31,281 nucleotides of DNA from Anaerolineae bacterium (GCA_030673735.1 DAOVIK010000001.1:1-31281); one strand, 5' to 3'; shown: positions 1-8,445, counted from the first letter of the stretch. Program-made: numbers and translations. The notes: generated from the sequence alone by a model not told the origin.

Positions 1-23
1 AGACGTAGCGCAAAATTTCGCAT
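1..23 (-). CDS. 5' end of a gene running off the left edge (MRNFALR...), probably co-transcribed with the two upstream membrane-protein genes
   Basis: Strong SD AAGGAGG (35-29) five nt upstream of ATG at 23; open to the window edge. Confidence 0.6.
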
Positions 24-85
24 CAGAACCTCCTTTATAGCAACCTATCTATCAGATTCAACCCATCCCCAGTCATCACATCTGA

Positions 86-886
86 TCAACGAATTTCGAC
101 CGAGCTCATTCCCGTTCTTATACGCACTTCGACTCGGTTGACCGCAGAGTCGAAATCGGGCGATTCGTGAACGCCGTTCCGCTTGGGGAACCGCGATGGA
201 TCAATCGAAATGTCCGACATGCCGCTTGAGTGGGAAATGCGTGCGGCAACGTCCTCGGGAACATGGATTCTGATCGATCCCATCCCTCCTCGGATGTCAA
301 CCCTCGAGTGGCCGGCAGCTTCCGGCAGCCAAAGCGTGACATCGCTGGCCCCGCATCGCAGATCGAAATCTTGCACCTTAAGCCCCCGCAGATCGAACGA
401 GGTTTCACTTGCCCCTGTCCGGCAGTTGAGCAACAGAGGCACATCGTCATTGAGAGTCACATTCCAATTCAAGCCGTGACTCCATGACCTTGTTGGCCAG
501 AAATGCGGAACGAAGCTAGATGGTCCCCTCAATGAAGCCTTGATCAGCTCTCCTTCCACATGGCTTTTCTGGCCCACCCCGCCTTCGAACGTGCCGGATA
601 GCAGCTCACCCGCTGGCGCACCGCTGCCCAGTTGCAACTTCCCAGCTCCATGGCGGATGCTGACACTCCCTTGGGTCGCCCCTTGCAAGGAGATGGAGAG
701 ACTCTCTCCTTCGATGGCGGGCGCGCGAACGGGCTTCGCCAGCAATACCCACAATCCAAGGGCTACAAAGAAACTTGGTCCTAGCAGCGCCCAAATATCA
801 AAGCCTAGCAATCCCAAGTTGTCCAGCAGCATCAGGCCCCCCACGGCAATGAGGGCAACACCCCAGAAAATGCCCCATCTTCGCAT
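86..886 (-). CDS. LiaF-like membrane protein: N-terminal DUF5668-type TM hairpin plus C-terminal DUF2154/toast-rack-like beta-repeat domain
   Basis: 266 aa; two N-terminal TM segments (IFWGVALIAVGGLMLLDNLG), then repeated GxGxxxI/L beta motifs (GAGKLQL, GASDVTL, GMGSIRI, GMSSVEI); SD GAGGTG. Confidence 0.7.
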   Translation of the reverse strand: MRRWGIFWGVALIAVGGLMLLDNLGLLGFDIWALLGPSFFVALGLWVLLAKPVRAPAIEGESLSISLQGATQGSVSIRHGAGKLQLGSGAPAGELLSGTFEGGVGQKSHVEGELIKASLRGPSSFVPHFWPTRSWSHGLNWNVTLNDDVPLLLNCRTGASETSFDLRGLKVQDFDLRCGASDVTLWLPEAAGHSRVDIRGGMGSIRIHVPEDVAARISHSSGMSDISIDPSRFPKRNGVHESPDFDSAVNRVEVRIRTGMSSVEIR

Positions 887-948
887 TCTTCACCTCGTTT
901 CTCAGGAGGCAATGCATCGCATTACCTGCTTGCCCCCACAGTCTGAAG

Positions 949-1464
949 CTACGCCGAGCGCGGTATCAGAGCCCGCACCAGCATGTACACTCCAACACCG
1001 ATCACGAGTATCGGCCAATAGGGTCCAAACAGTTCAAGCTCCCCAAATAATGAGCCGAAGATCAGGAAAAGGAGAGCGCTAACCAAGATGGACCTGACGC
1101 CCCGCAACACCCGCCGGCGCGTATCTCTGCCCAACAAGCCATGCACGATCAAGCCCAAGCCGACGAAACCGGGAATGAGCGTCCAAACATATTTCCAGCT
1201 ATCCCAATTGCCTGTGGTGTTTTGCCAGTAGAGCAATCCTCCAATGCCGGCAATCACGAATGCGGGTCGGGCCATGTGTGGTGATCCGCTGAGCAAGCCC
1301 AGAAACAACATGGCTGCCCCTACCCCGATCACGACCACGGGCCAGGTAAAGCGCTCGATCTGCCAAGCCTGAAGTGCGGGGACGAACCGCACGGCTATGA
1401 ACCATATTCCGAGCAGAATTAGCACCAAACCCGCTGCCAAACTCGATTTTCGCCTCTGGTCCAT
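949..1464 (-). CDS. Multi-pass membrane protein with repeated DUF5668/LiaI-LiaF-like TM units
   Basis: 171 aa, about 6 TM; repeated WP-x-hydrophobic-IGxG units (TWPVVVIGVG, YWPILVIGVG); SD GGAGGG. Confidence 0.65.
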   Translation of the reverse strand: MDQRRKSSLAAGLVLILLGIWFIAVRFVPALQAWQIERFTWPVVVIGVGAAMLFLGLLSGSPHMARPAFVIAGIGGLLYWQNTTGNWDSWKYVWTLIPGFVGLGLIVHGLLGRDTRRRVLRGVRSILVSALLFLIFGSLFGELELFGPYWPILVIGVGVYMLVRALIPRSA

Positions 1465-1789
1465 GCTCCCTCCGTAATGGAATTTATCGTGTCTGTATTC
1501 CGACTCCGTATCGCGCAGCGCCCTCCTGCAGGCCAGTCACGAAAGTTGCTCCTGCAAAGTATAACCTCGCGTTGAATTTCATCCGAATGCGCGGGATGAT
1601 ATCCAGTGCCATTTCACTGCTATTCCCGGCCAGTCTCATATCCCTACAATTAGGCGTAAAACCCTATATCCATTTGGGTTGTTCGCCCCGTAGAATCAAC
1701 AGCAGACCTCAGGGTATCGACTACCCTTGCATGCTGGGAGTTTCGTTCAATCCCGTCATAGAGCGAGCAACCGCAACAGGAGGGGGGTC

Positions 1790-2716
1790 ATGAAGCGCAC
1801 TACGTTCACACTTGCATTGACAGCGGCCGTTGTGCTTTTACTGTCGCTATCCGCTTGCGGGCTACTTGACACGAGCGGGGATCCTTCCGGCACGCAGACT
1901 CCTCCGACGCCTACTCAAGATCCAACTGCCTGCACCAACCATTTCGTTCAGGTCGGGTCCGCCACCATCGCCTTGGGGCAGGAATTTGATCCTGGTGAGC
2001 AATTTCATGTGGAATGGATCATAAAGAATGCTGGTACGTGCATCTGGACGCCAACATATTCTCTGATCAATACATCAGGAGACAGTTTGGGAGCACCGAG
2101 CCGGGCTGTTCTAGGGGCATTCGTAGCACCTGAAGAGACCGTGACGCTTCGCCTGCCGATGGCTGCGCCGGGCATTGCAGGAGAATACCCATCACTCTGG
2201 ATGCTTCAGAACGATCTTGAGCAGACCTTTGGCACGGCGCAAGACGACGCTCCACTGCGCGTGGTCATCAACGTCACCAGCTCGCTGCCAACTCCCGTGC
2301 CAACCGCCACGATTGAGCCTACTCAAGGTCCGCCCCCTGGGACACACGCCTTCAAGTTTGATCAGGTCCTGCCGACTGCACAATGCTTTGATTTCGTGGG
2401 TGGGCAAGTCTTATCCTGCGCCGATGCTGATGCCGATATCCGCTTCAACTTCCTCATGGGCCAAGGTGGCAACATCCTGCCCCTCCACCTCATGAACATG
2501 GGGCCGGGCTTGCAGTCAGCGCCCAACAGGAGCGATTGTGAATCTAGCAACTACTTCAAGCTTCCCGTGATGATGAGTATTCCCGCAGAAAACTCAACCG
2601 GATGGCATTATTGCTTCTACACCGATCGTAACTCCACCCGGTACTATGGCTGGCTGCAGACTGTAGACTTTAACAGCGAAGGGCTTACCTTCAGCTTTGT
2701 TACCTATGAGCCATGA
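1790..2716 (+). CDS. Lipoprotein with NBR1-Ig-like (FW) domain, Pro/Thr linkers and a Cys-containing C-terminal domain
   Basis: SD AGGAGG before ATG 1790; signal peptide with lipobox LSA-C; motif FHVEWIIKNAGTCIW typical of NBR1-Ig domains; 308 aa. Confidence 0.75.
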   Translation: MKRTTFTLALTAAVVLLLSLSACGLLDTSGDPSGTQTPPTPTQDPTACTNHFVQVGSATIALGQEFDPGEQFHVEWIIKNAGTCIWTPTYSLINTSGDSLGAPSRAVLGAFVAPEETVTLRLPMAAPGIAGEYPSLWMLQNDLEQTFGTAQDDAPLRVVINVTSSLPTPVPTATIEPTQGPPPGTHAFKFDQVLPTAQCFDFVGGQVLSCADADADIRFNFLMGQGGNILPLHLMNMGPGLQSAPNRSDCESSNYFKLPVMMSIPAENSTGWHYCFYTDRNSTRYYGWLQTVDFNSEGLTFSFVTYEP

Positions 2717-2867
2717 TTGCCCATAAAGCCATCCAGTAGCGATTGCACAAGGCCATAACGCATCACACGGCTGGAGTAATCCTCCAGCCGTGTTCCATTC
2801 CTGTTACCCATTTGGACTCGGTATATGCCCCGATAGCAGCCGGAATGTCTACTGCAAGACGTCGTTT

Positions 2868-3629
2868 CTACCAAATCAGAGGGATTAGAGCTCTGCGCTC
2901 GAGTGGGTAATCCGGGAACTCCCGACGATACCATAGGTGATGAGATCGAGCGCGCGGGGCAAGGTTGGCAACAGTCCAAATTGCGAACGCCAGCCCCGGC
3001 AACGACCAGGTAGCGATTGACCAGCCGGTCCACTGAATGATCTCTCCGAGATAGTTCGGACAAGAAACCCATCGGAATAGGCCACCTGTGGGGATCTGAT
3101 AGTTCGTATCTCCCGATCTCCGCAGGTCGCGCAGGATCCTGTCGGACTGGCGGTTGATCACAAGACCGATCACGAACAGTCCCGTCCCAACAAGGAAGCG
3201 AGGATCGCCGAGCCACTGATCCGTATAGTAGTCAGGGCGAGAGTACAAGTGAGAGCCGATGAGATAGGTGTTGATCAGGCCAAATGCAAAAGCGATGCCC
3301 GCAATCAGCAGCGGCATTCGCTTTGCGTCGCTTCTATGCAGGTATGGATAGACAAACGCCCGATACACATAGTGCAACTCCCACATGATGAAAAACAATA
3401 GTGTCGCCAGCGTCCAACCGTCGACTCCTGCCAGGAAACACAGCGCGAAGATGGTCGGCGCCGGAGCTTCCATGATGATCCAACCCAGTCTGGCGCTGAT
3501 GCTAGGACCCTATCCGCCTCGTGCGTGCCGTCCGTAGGGTGCAGAGATAAATAAAAGGACGATGAACGTAGCCGCCGCCAAGATAAACCAGATGATTAAT
3601 GCTATGTTGAAGGGTGTTAGTGTTGTCAT
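2868..3629 (-). pseudogene. Steroid 5-alpha-reductase (SRD5A/DUF1295 family) interrupted by in-frame TAG at codon 40
   Basis: The frame continues upstream of the listed ORF to ATG 3629 (ATGA overlap with the SDR stop, SD GGAG): MTTLTPFNIA...APYGRHARGG*GPSISARLGWIIMEAP; TAG at 3512-3510; C-terminal motifs YQIPTGGLFRWVSCPNYLGE and ANLAPRARSHHLWY; 253 aa if read through. Confidence 0.85.
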
Positions 3630-4639
3630 CCGCGCTCCAATAGTCTCCCTGAGCCGGGCGCTTCAAGAGAACCGTTCTCCCGAAACCAAGTCAGAGTATC
3701 CTCCAATGTGTTCTCAATTGGACGCGGCTGATACCCCAACTCACGTGTCGCCTTTGCGTGGCTTGCATTGGGATTAGCGCGCAGCGCTTGCAGCGAGGCC
3801 CGCGAGTAGAGCGCGCGGTTAACACCCATTCGGAAAAGCAATGGGGAAAGAGGTAGCGCAAGGGTTGCCAACCACATCGGCGCGACGAAGCGAGGACTCG
3901 GCACAGCACAGAACTGCTCAACAATCCTGGCAATCTCCTTTATCGATATCCAGTGGCCGGACAGCAGATACCTTGAACCTGAAGGCGCCTTCTCCTCGGC
4001 TTGCAGCGCCCCCAGACTCACGTCCCTTGCATCCACCCAATCAAATCCTCCGACCACGAGCGCCGGCAGCTTGCGCCGCGCCAAGGCGAGCAATACCTCG
4101 CCAAAGTGTGATGGTTTGTAGTCGTGGGGACCGATAATGCCTGTCGGGTTGAGAATAACGGCATCCAGGCCCGAGTCCATTCCGCGCCGCACCTCTAACT
4201 CCGACATGGCTTTCGAAACATCATAGGGCAGCGCATCTCCCCAATCGACGAGAGGACGCAACTCGTCGATCGCTTGATCCATCGGCTCGTTCTGCAAAGC
4301 ATGGACTGAACTCACATGGACTAGCCGCCGAACGCCCTGCCCCAAGCAGGCGTTGACGACATTCCTCGTTCCCTCCACATTGATCGCCTTCATGCGCGGC
4401 CAATCCTCATCGCGCAAGGAAATGAAAACCGCCAGATGATAGACAATCTCACATCCAGCGCAGGCTTCTTCCATCGAGGCGGGGCTGCTCACATCGCCTT
4501 GGAAGATCTCAAGATTGAGTCCTTGGAGGGCGCGGCGGTCACGATAAACCAGCGCGCGCACGGATCGCCCTTGGGCAAGCAGCGCGCGCACCAGGTTGGC
4601 GCCAAGATGTCCTGCGGCGCCAGTTACGAGGACGGTCAT
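3626..4639 (-). CDS. Extended SDR, NAD-dependent epimerase/dehydratase family (HpnA/DFR/3beta-HSD-like)
   Basis: MTVLVTGAAGHLG Rossmann motif, VHVSS catalytic Ser, YDVSK (YxxxK); 337 aa from ATG 4639. Confidence 0.88.
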   Translation of the reverse strand: MTVLVTGAAGHLGANLVRALLAQGRSVRALVYRDRRALQGLNLEIFQGDVSSPASMEEACAGCEIVYHLAVFISLRDEDWPRMKAINVEGTRNVVNACLGQGVRRLVHVSSVHALQNEPMDQAIDELRPLVDWGDALPYDVSKAMSELEVRRGMDSGLDAVILNPTGIIGPHDYKPSHFGEVLLALARRKLPALVVGGFDWVDARDVSLGALQAEEKAPSGSRYLLSGHWISIKEIARIVEQFCAVPSPRFVAPMWLATLALPLSPLLFRMGVNRALYSRASLQALRANPNASHAKATRELGYQPRPIENTLEDTLTWFRENGSLEAPGSGRLLERG

Positions 4640-4719
4640 AATTCTTCCAGGAAGATTTCCTGCCCTGACCCTTGTGTCAAGGCTGATGAATAACCTGCGT
4701 ATTCTAGCCACATGATCGG

Positions 4720-4754
4720 AAAACACAAACCCACCGTCCGCAGCCAACGGTGGG
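4720..4754 (-). terminator. Intrinsic terminator closing the tRNA-Val transcript
   Basis: 8-bp stem CCCACCGT/ACGGTGGG (4730-4737 with 4747-4754), followed on the minus strand by TTTGTGTTTT. Confidence 0.7.
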
Positions 4755-4759
4755 CTTCT

Positions 4760-4900
4760 TGGCGGGCGCGGAGGGTATCGCCTGCCCTGGTGTTCGCTCA
4801 GGGAACCCCGTTCCAGCTGACGCCCGCCGGGGCGGCCGGCCCACGACCTTTTCGACCCCTTCAGGAGGCAGGGATGTGGATTCAACTGGAACCATCCCCC
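4760..4900 (-). ncRNA. Candidate tRNA-Val-derived structured RNA (unassigned)
   Basis: Colinear blocks shared with the adjacent tRNA (CAGTTG, CACATCC, AGGTCGTGGG, CCCTCCGCGCCC), GCCA end, and 11-, 10- and 8-bp crossing helices; see findings. Confidence 0.45.
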
Positions 4901-4928
4901 AATTAGTGCGGTGGCCTTAAAAACAGAG

Positions 4929-5002
<74 letters not shown>

Positions 5003-5012
5003 TTGTGATCGC

Positions 5013-5041
5013 ATTATAGCAGAGCCCCTAGGGCGGAACAA
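5013..5041 (-). promoter_or_regulatory. Sigma70 promoter of tRNA-Val
   Basis: TTGTTC-17 nt-TATAAT with extended -10 TG. Confidence 0.75.
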
Positions 5042-5065
5042 GATTCGCCTGCTCCGCTTTGTGTT

Positions 5066-5094
5066 TTGTGGTGAATCCTTGCGAATGCTATAAT
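5066..5094 (+). promoter_or_regulatory. Sigma70 promoter of the DUF389 gene, divergent from the tRNA
   Basis: TTGTGG-17 nt-TATAAT with extended -10 TG. Confidence 0.65.
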
Positions 5095-5196
5095 CGCGGC
5101 GCTGTATGGGTTGCCGGAGATTACGCCCGGCCAGAGAACATGCACTTGGGAGTCTCCATTGGAGCATCCGATACGTCTTGTGGCCAGCCTACGCCA

Positions 5197-6393
5197 ATGA
5201 CCACCCCATCGCCGCCCACCTCTCCCGAACCCGCTCCGCCCTCTCGCGCCAGGCGGCGCAGAGCGCGGCGCATGCTGGACGGCCTGCAGGGTGATAAGCG
5301 GCAGGCATACCTTTCCGAACTCGCCCATAGCGTTTCTCCCGGAGTTGATTTATTCCTCAAGGCCATCCTTGCTGGATTGCTGCTTGGACTTGCCTTTCGC
5401 TTCGATCAGCGCGCATTGCTCTATGCTGCCGCACTGGTTGCGCCCAGCATGGCTCCTCTGGCAGGCGTGGCCTTGGCGTCCGTCTCTGGCTCCCTGCGTC
5501 TCTTCTTTCGCCTTCTGGCGGCTTTGATTCTGGCCACAATCATTCTCTCGGTAGTTTGCGCGTTGGTCGGCGGATTAGGCGTGCCTCTTTTCGCACTTGG
5601 TGACATGCCTGACACGTTTGCGATTCTGCATCCTGCAGACCTGCTTCTTCTATTCGGGGGAGCCGTGCTCATGTGCACCAGTCTGGCACGCGGCAGAAGA
5701 GTGCATCCTCTCGCCAGCGCAGCGGTGGCATTCGAAATCTTCAGTCCAGCGGGCGCTGTGGGACTTGGCCTGCTGCGGGCCGATCCTCCGCTGTGGCAGG
5801 GAGCCCTGCTCACTTTTGGTGCGCACCTCGCATGGGCTGCCGTAGTATGTGTGGCAACGCTTATCGTGCTGGGTTTCCGCCCGCTCGCTGGCCAAAGGCG
5901 ATCTTTCTCAATGGCGGTGCTCCTCACCGCCACGGTAGCCGTGCTTGCCGTAGCCGCACCAGCCGCCTATATGTTCAGCTACATGCCTCTCTACTCCGGC
6001 CCCGCATCAACGTCCACTCTAATCATCATTCCCACTCCCACGCAAACGCCCTCACCAAGCGCTACTATCCTGCCAACCTCCACTTCAACCACAACCCCTA
6101 CTCCCGCGCACACAAGCACGCCGACGATCACTCCCACTCCCACACCCATCATGGCAGTGATTTGGGGCACTGAAGGCCTGGGCGCCTACATGCGCGAAGG
6201 GCCATCCAGGGACACAACTCCGCTAGATTACCTTGAGGAAGGAACGTTGCTGGAGATCATCGGTGAACCCGAGCAGGTGAATGGTGAAACGTGGTGGAAT
6301 GTGCGCATCACATACGACAGCCAAGTGGTTGAGGGCTGGGTCATGAATGGCCTGATTGCCACTGTCACTCCCACTCCCTCCGCAACCCCCTAG
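5197..6393 (+). CDS. DUF389-family membrane protein with Thr/Pro-rich linker and C-terminal SH3b-like domain
   Basis: Multi-TM region with AALVAPSMAP and VAVAFEIFSP-type DUF389 motifs, TPTPT linker, SH3b-like end (GAYMREGPS...GETWWNV...EGWV); start uncertain (5140 or 5197), and the ORF-track start 5059 lies upstream of the promoter. Confidence 0.7.
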   Translation: MTTPSPPTSPEPAPPSRARRRRARRMLDGLQGDKRQAYLSELAHSVSPGVDLFLKAILAGLLLGLAFRFDQRALLYAAALVAPSMAPLAGVALASVSGSLRLFFRLLAALILATIILSVVCALVGGLGVPLFALGDMPDTFAILHPADLLLLFGGAVLMCTSLARGRRVHPLASAAVAFEIFSPAGAVGLGLLRADPPLWQGALLTFGAHLAWAAVVCVATLIVLGFRPLAGQRRSFSMAVLLTATVAVLAVAAPAAYMFSYMPLYSGPASTSTLIIIPTPTQTPSPSATILPTSTSTTTPTPAHTSTPTITPTPTPIMAVIWGTEGLGAYMREGPSRDTTPLDYLEEGTLLEIIGEPEQVNGETWWNVRITYDSQVVEGWVMNGLIATVTPTPSATP

Positions 6394-6505
6394 CACGTCT
6401 CCAACCGCATCCCATTGGATGAGCCCCCATATGACATTGCATTCCCCTTGGTGCTCCGGTAGCATCGACGAGTTCGCGGCCATCCGTCTTGGTACGGTGA
6501 TCGCG

Positions 6506-6534
6506 TTGACGGTGAATCATCGGGAAGATACAAT
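6506..6534 (+). promoter_or_regulatory. Sigma70 promoter of the metal ABC operon
   Basis: TTGACG-17 nt-TACAAT. Confidence 0.75.
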
Positions 6535-6591
6535 CGCTATCTAGCACCTTTCGTGGATCCGATGCAGTGGTATTGAATTGAGGATGACATC

Positions 6592-7584
6592 TTGAAACCT
6601 GTGAAAGCTTGGATCATCACTCTCATGGCATTGGGTTTCAGCGTTGCTGGGTGCTCGCTTCTTTCAATTGATTCCGGCGCGCAATCTCTCACGTCCCTGA
6701 ACGAATTGTCCGAACTGGACTTGCCCCCGGGAGAAAAGCTGCGCGTCGTCGTCACGACCAGCATCCTTGGCGACGTGGTGGCGAACATCGCCGGAGAGAA
6801 TGTGGATTTGCAGGTCTTGCTTCCTCCCGGTACCGATCCTCACGCTTACCAGCCAACACCCAGAGATCTGACGGCCATTGCCCAAGCTCATGTAGTGTTC
6901 ATCAACGGCCTGGGCTTGGAGATCTTCCTCGAGGACATGCTTTCAAACGCCGGAGGGCGAGCAGTTTTCGTTTCGCTCTCAGAAGGCGTGCCGGCGCGCA
7001 GACTCGATTCCCACGATATTGGCCTTGATCCGGAGCACGACGACGAATACGCGGTCTTCGATGCCCATGTTTGGTTGGATCCAGCTAACGTTGAGATATG
7101 GGTCGACAATGCCCAAGCCGCCCTTGCGACCTTGGATCCAAGCAACGCCGCACAATACTTATCTGCGGCAAGTTCTTACAAGGCCTCGCTGCAGGAATTG
7201 CAAACCTGGATTCAGGAACAGGTGGCTCAAATCCCTGAAGCTGATCGCAAACTGCTTGCAGATCATATGGCCTTAGGATACTTCGCAGACCGATATGGCT
7301 TCCGGATTGCAGGGGCAGTTATACCCGCATACAACACTACAGTTGAGATTTCCGCACAAGAGTTGGCCGCCTTACAGCAAGCGATCCAAACCACAGGAAT
7401 TAAGGCCGTCTTCGTCGCAATAAGCACAAATCCGACTATCTCTCGGCAGCTCGCTGCCGATCTTGGTTTGCAGTTGGTCTCGCTCTATATCGGATCGCTC
7501 AGCGATGCCAGCGGTCCTGCGGCAAGCTATCTCGACCTAATGCATTACAATGTGGAAGCAATCGTCAACGCCTTGCAGCCGTGA
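6592..7584 (+). CDS. znuA: Zn/Mn ABC transporter substrate-binding lipoprotein (cluster A-I, ZnuA/AdcA/TroA family)
   Basis: Lipobox VAG-C, VVVTTSIL, DPHAYQPTP, DAHVWLDP, short His/acidic loop; Zn versus Mn specificity is inferred. Confidence 0.8.
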   Translation: MKPVKAWIITLMALGFSVAGCSLLSIDSGAQSLTSLNELSELDLPPGEKLRVVVTTSILGDVVANIAGENVDLQVLLPPGTDPHAYQPTPRDLTAIAQAHVVFINGLGLEIFLEDMLSNAGGRAVFVSLSEGVPARRLDSHDIGLDPEHDDEYAVFDAHVWLDPANVEIWVDNAQAALATLDPSNAAQYLSAASSYKASLQELQTWIQEQVAQIPEADRKLLADHMALGYFADRYGFRIAGAVIPAYNTTVEISAQELAALQQAIQTTGIKAVFVAISTNPTISRQLAADLGLQLVSLYIGSLSDASGPAASYLDLMHYNVEAIVNALQP

Positions 7585-7608
7585 GGCTCCGGCCATCTGA
7601 CAGCCTTT

Positions 7609-8445
7609 ATGGATATCAGGATGGAGCAGTTCCTACCCCCGCCGCCAGAACATGATCATGCCGCCTTCCCGATCGAGGTGAATAACCTCACGGTTGGCTA
7701 TGATGGTCGCCTGGCCCTGCAGGACGTCTCGTTCGCCATCGAGCAAGCCCAGCGCGTCGCGGTTGTCGGCCCTAATGGCTCTGGAAAGACCACACTCTTC
7801 AAGGTCCTAGCAGGAACGCTATCGCCCGACGCGGGCACGGTTCAAGTGTTTGGGCATGGTCCGTGTGGCCATGTGTGCATCGCCTACGTTCCCCAGCGCA
7901 GCCAGATTGATTGGAATTTCCCTGTCTCTGTCTCCGACGTTGTGATGATGAGCCGCGCGCGCAAGATCGGCTTCGCCCGATGGCCTTTAAAGAGCGATTG
8001 GCAAGTTGTGCACGAATCGCTCGCTAGAGTGGACATGGCCGACCATAGCAAGCGTCAGATTGGAGAACTCTCTGGTGGGCAGCAGCAGCGCGTTTTCCTG
8101 GCTCGCGCCCTCGCCCAGGGCGCGGAAGTGATCCTGCTCGATGAGCCATTGACCGGCCTGGATACCCCCAGCCAGGAAACCATGTTTCGCATTCTGGATG
8201 AATTGCACAAGGAAAACGTGACCATCTTGGTGGCTACTCACGATCTGAACTTGGCCTCCGATCGCTTCGACATGGTCATGCTCATCAACCGCAGCCTAGT
8301 GGCATTCGGTCCCCCCGGCCAGGTATTCACTCGCGACCTATTGCTGCAGGCATACGGAAGCCAGATGCACGTCTTGCCTGGTGATGACGAAGCCGTGGCA
8401 GTGCTGGCAGATACATGCTGCGAGGGGGATGAGGAAACGCCGTGA
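7609..8445 (+). CDS. znuC: Metal ABC transporter ATP-binding protein
   Basis: Walker A GPNGSGKT, signature LSGGQQQR, Walker B LLDEP, YVPQ Q-loop, H-loop ATHD; C-terminal DTCC. Confidence 0.85.
   Translation: MDIRMEQFLPPPPEHDHAAFPIEVNNLTVGYDGRLALQDVSFAIEQAQRVAVVGPNGSGKTTLFKVLAGTLSPDAGTVQVFGHGPCGHVCIAYVPQRSQIDWNFPVSVSDVVMMSRARKIGFARWPLKSDWQVVHESLARVDMADHSKRQIGELSGGQQQRVFLARALAQGAEVILLDEPLTGLDTPSQETMFRILDELHKENVTILVATHDLNLASDRFDMVMLINRSLVAFGPPGQVFTRDLLLQAYGSQMHVLPGDDEAVAVLADTCCEGDEETP

Noticed and set aside
2868-3629. Amber reassignment or pyrrolysine as the explanation for the internal TAG
   Set aside because: TAG ends several intact genes here (6393, 11774, 13512, 18352, 29305), no pyl genes are in the window, and the position corresponds to Trp
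4760-4900. Identification of the tRNA trailer as 6S, SRP, tmRNA, tRNA-Sec, raiA, c-di-AMP riboswitch or HDV/theta ribozyme
   Set aside because: Only short partial motif similarities. It lacks the SRP GGAAG loop, tmRNA length and tag ORF, a UCA anticodon arm, the long 6S rod, and proper HDV P1/P3 geometry
6000-6150. Short ACTCCC-type repeats
   Set aside because: They encode the Thr/Pro linker of the DUF389 protein; not CRISPR or a VNTR
6535-6591. Possible Zur/DtxR operator upstream of the metal ABC operon (ATGCAGTGGTATTGAAT)
   Set aside because: Only 5 of 8 positions are symmetric, with no convincing match to Zur boxes I know
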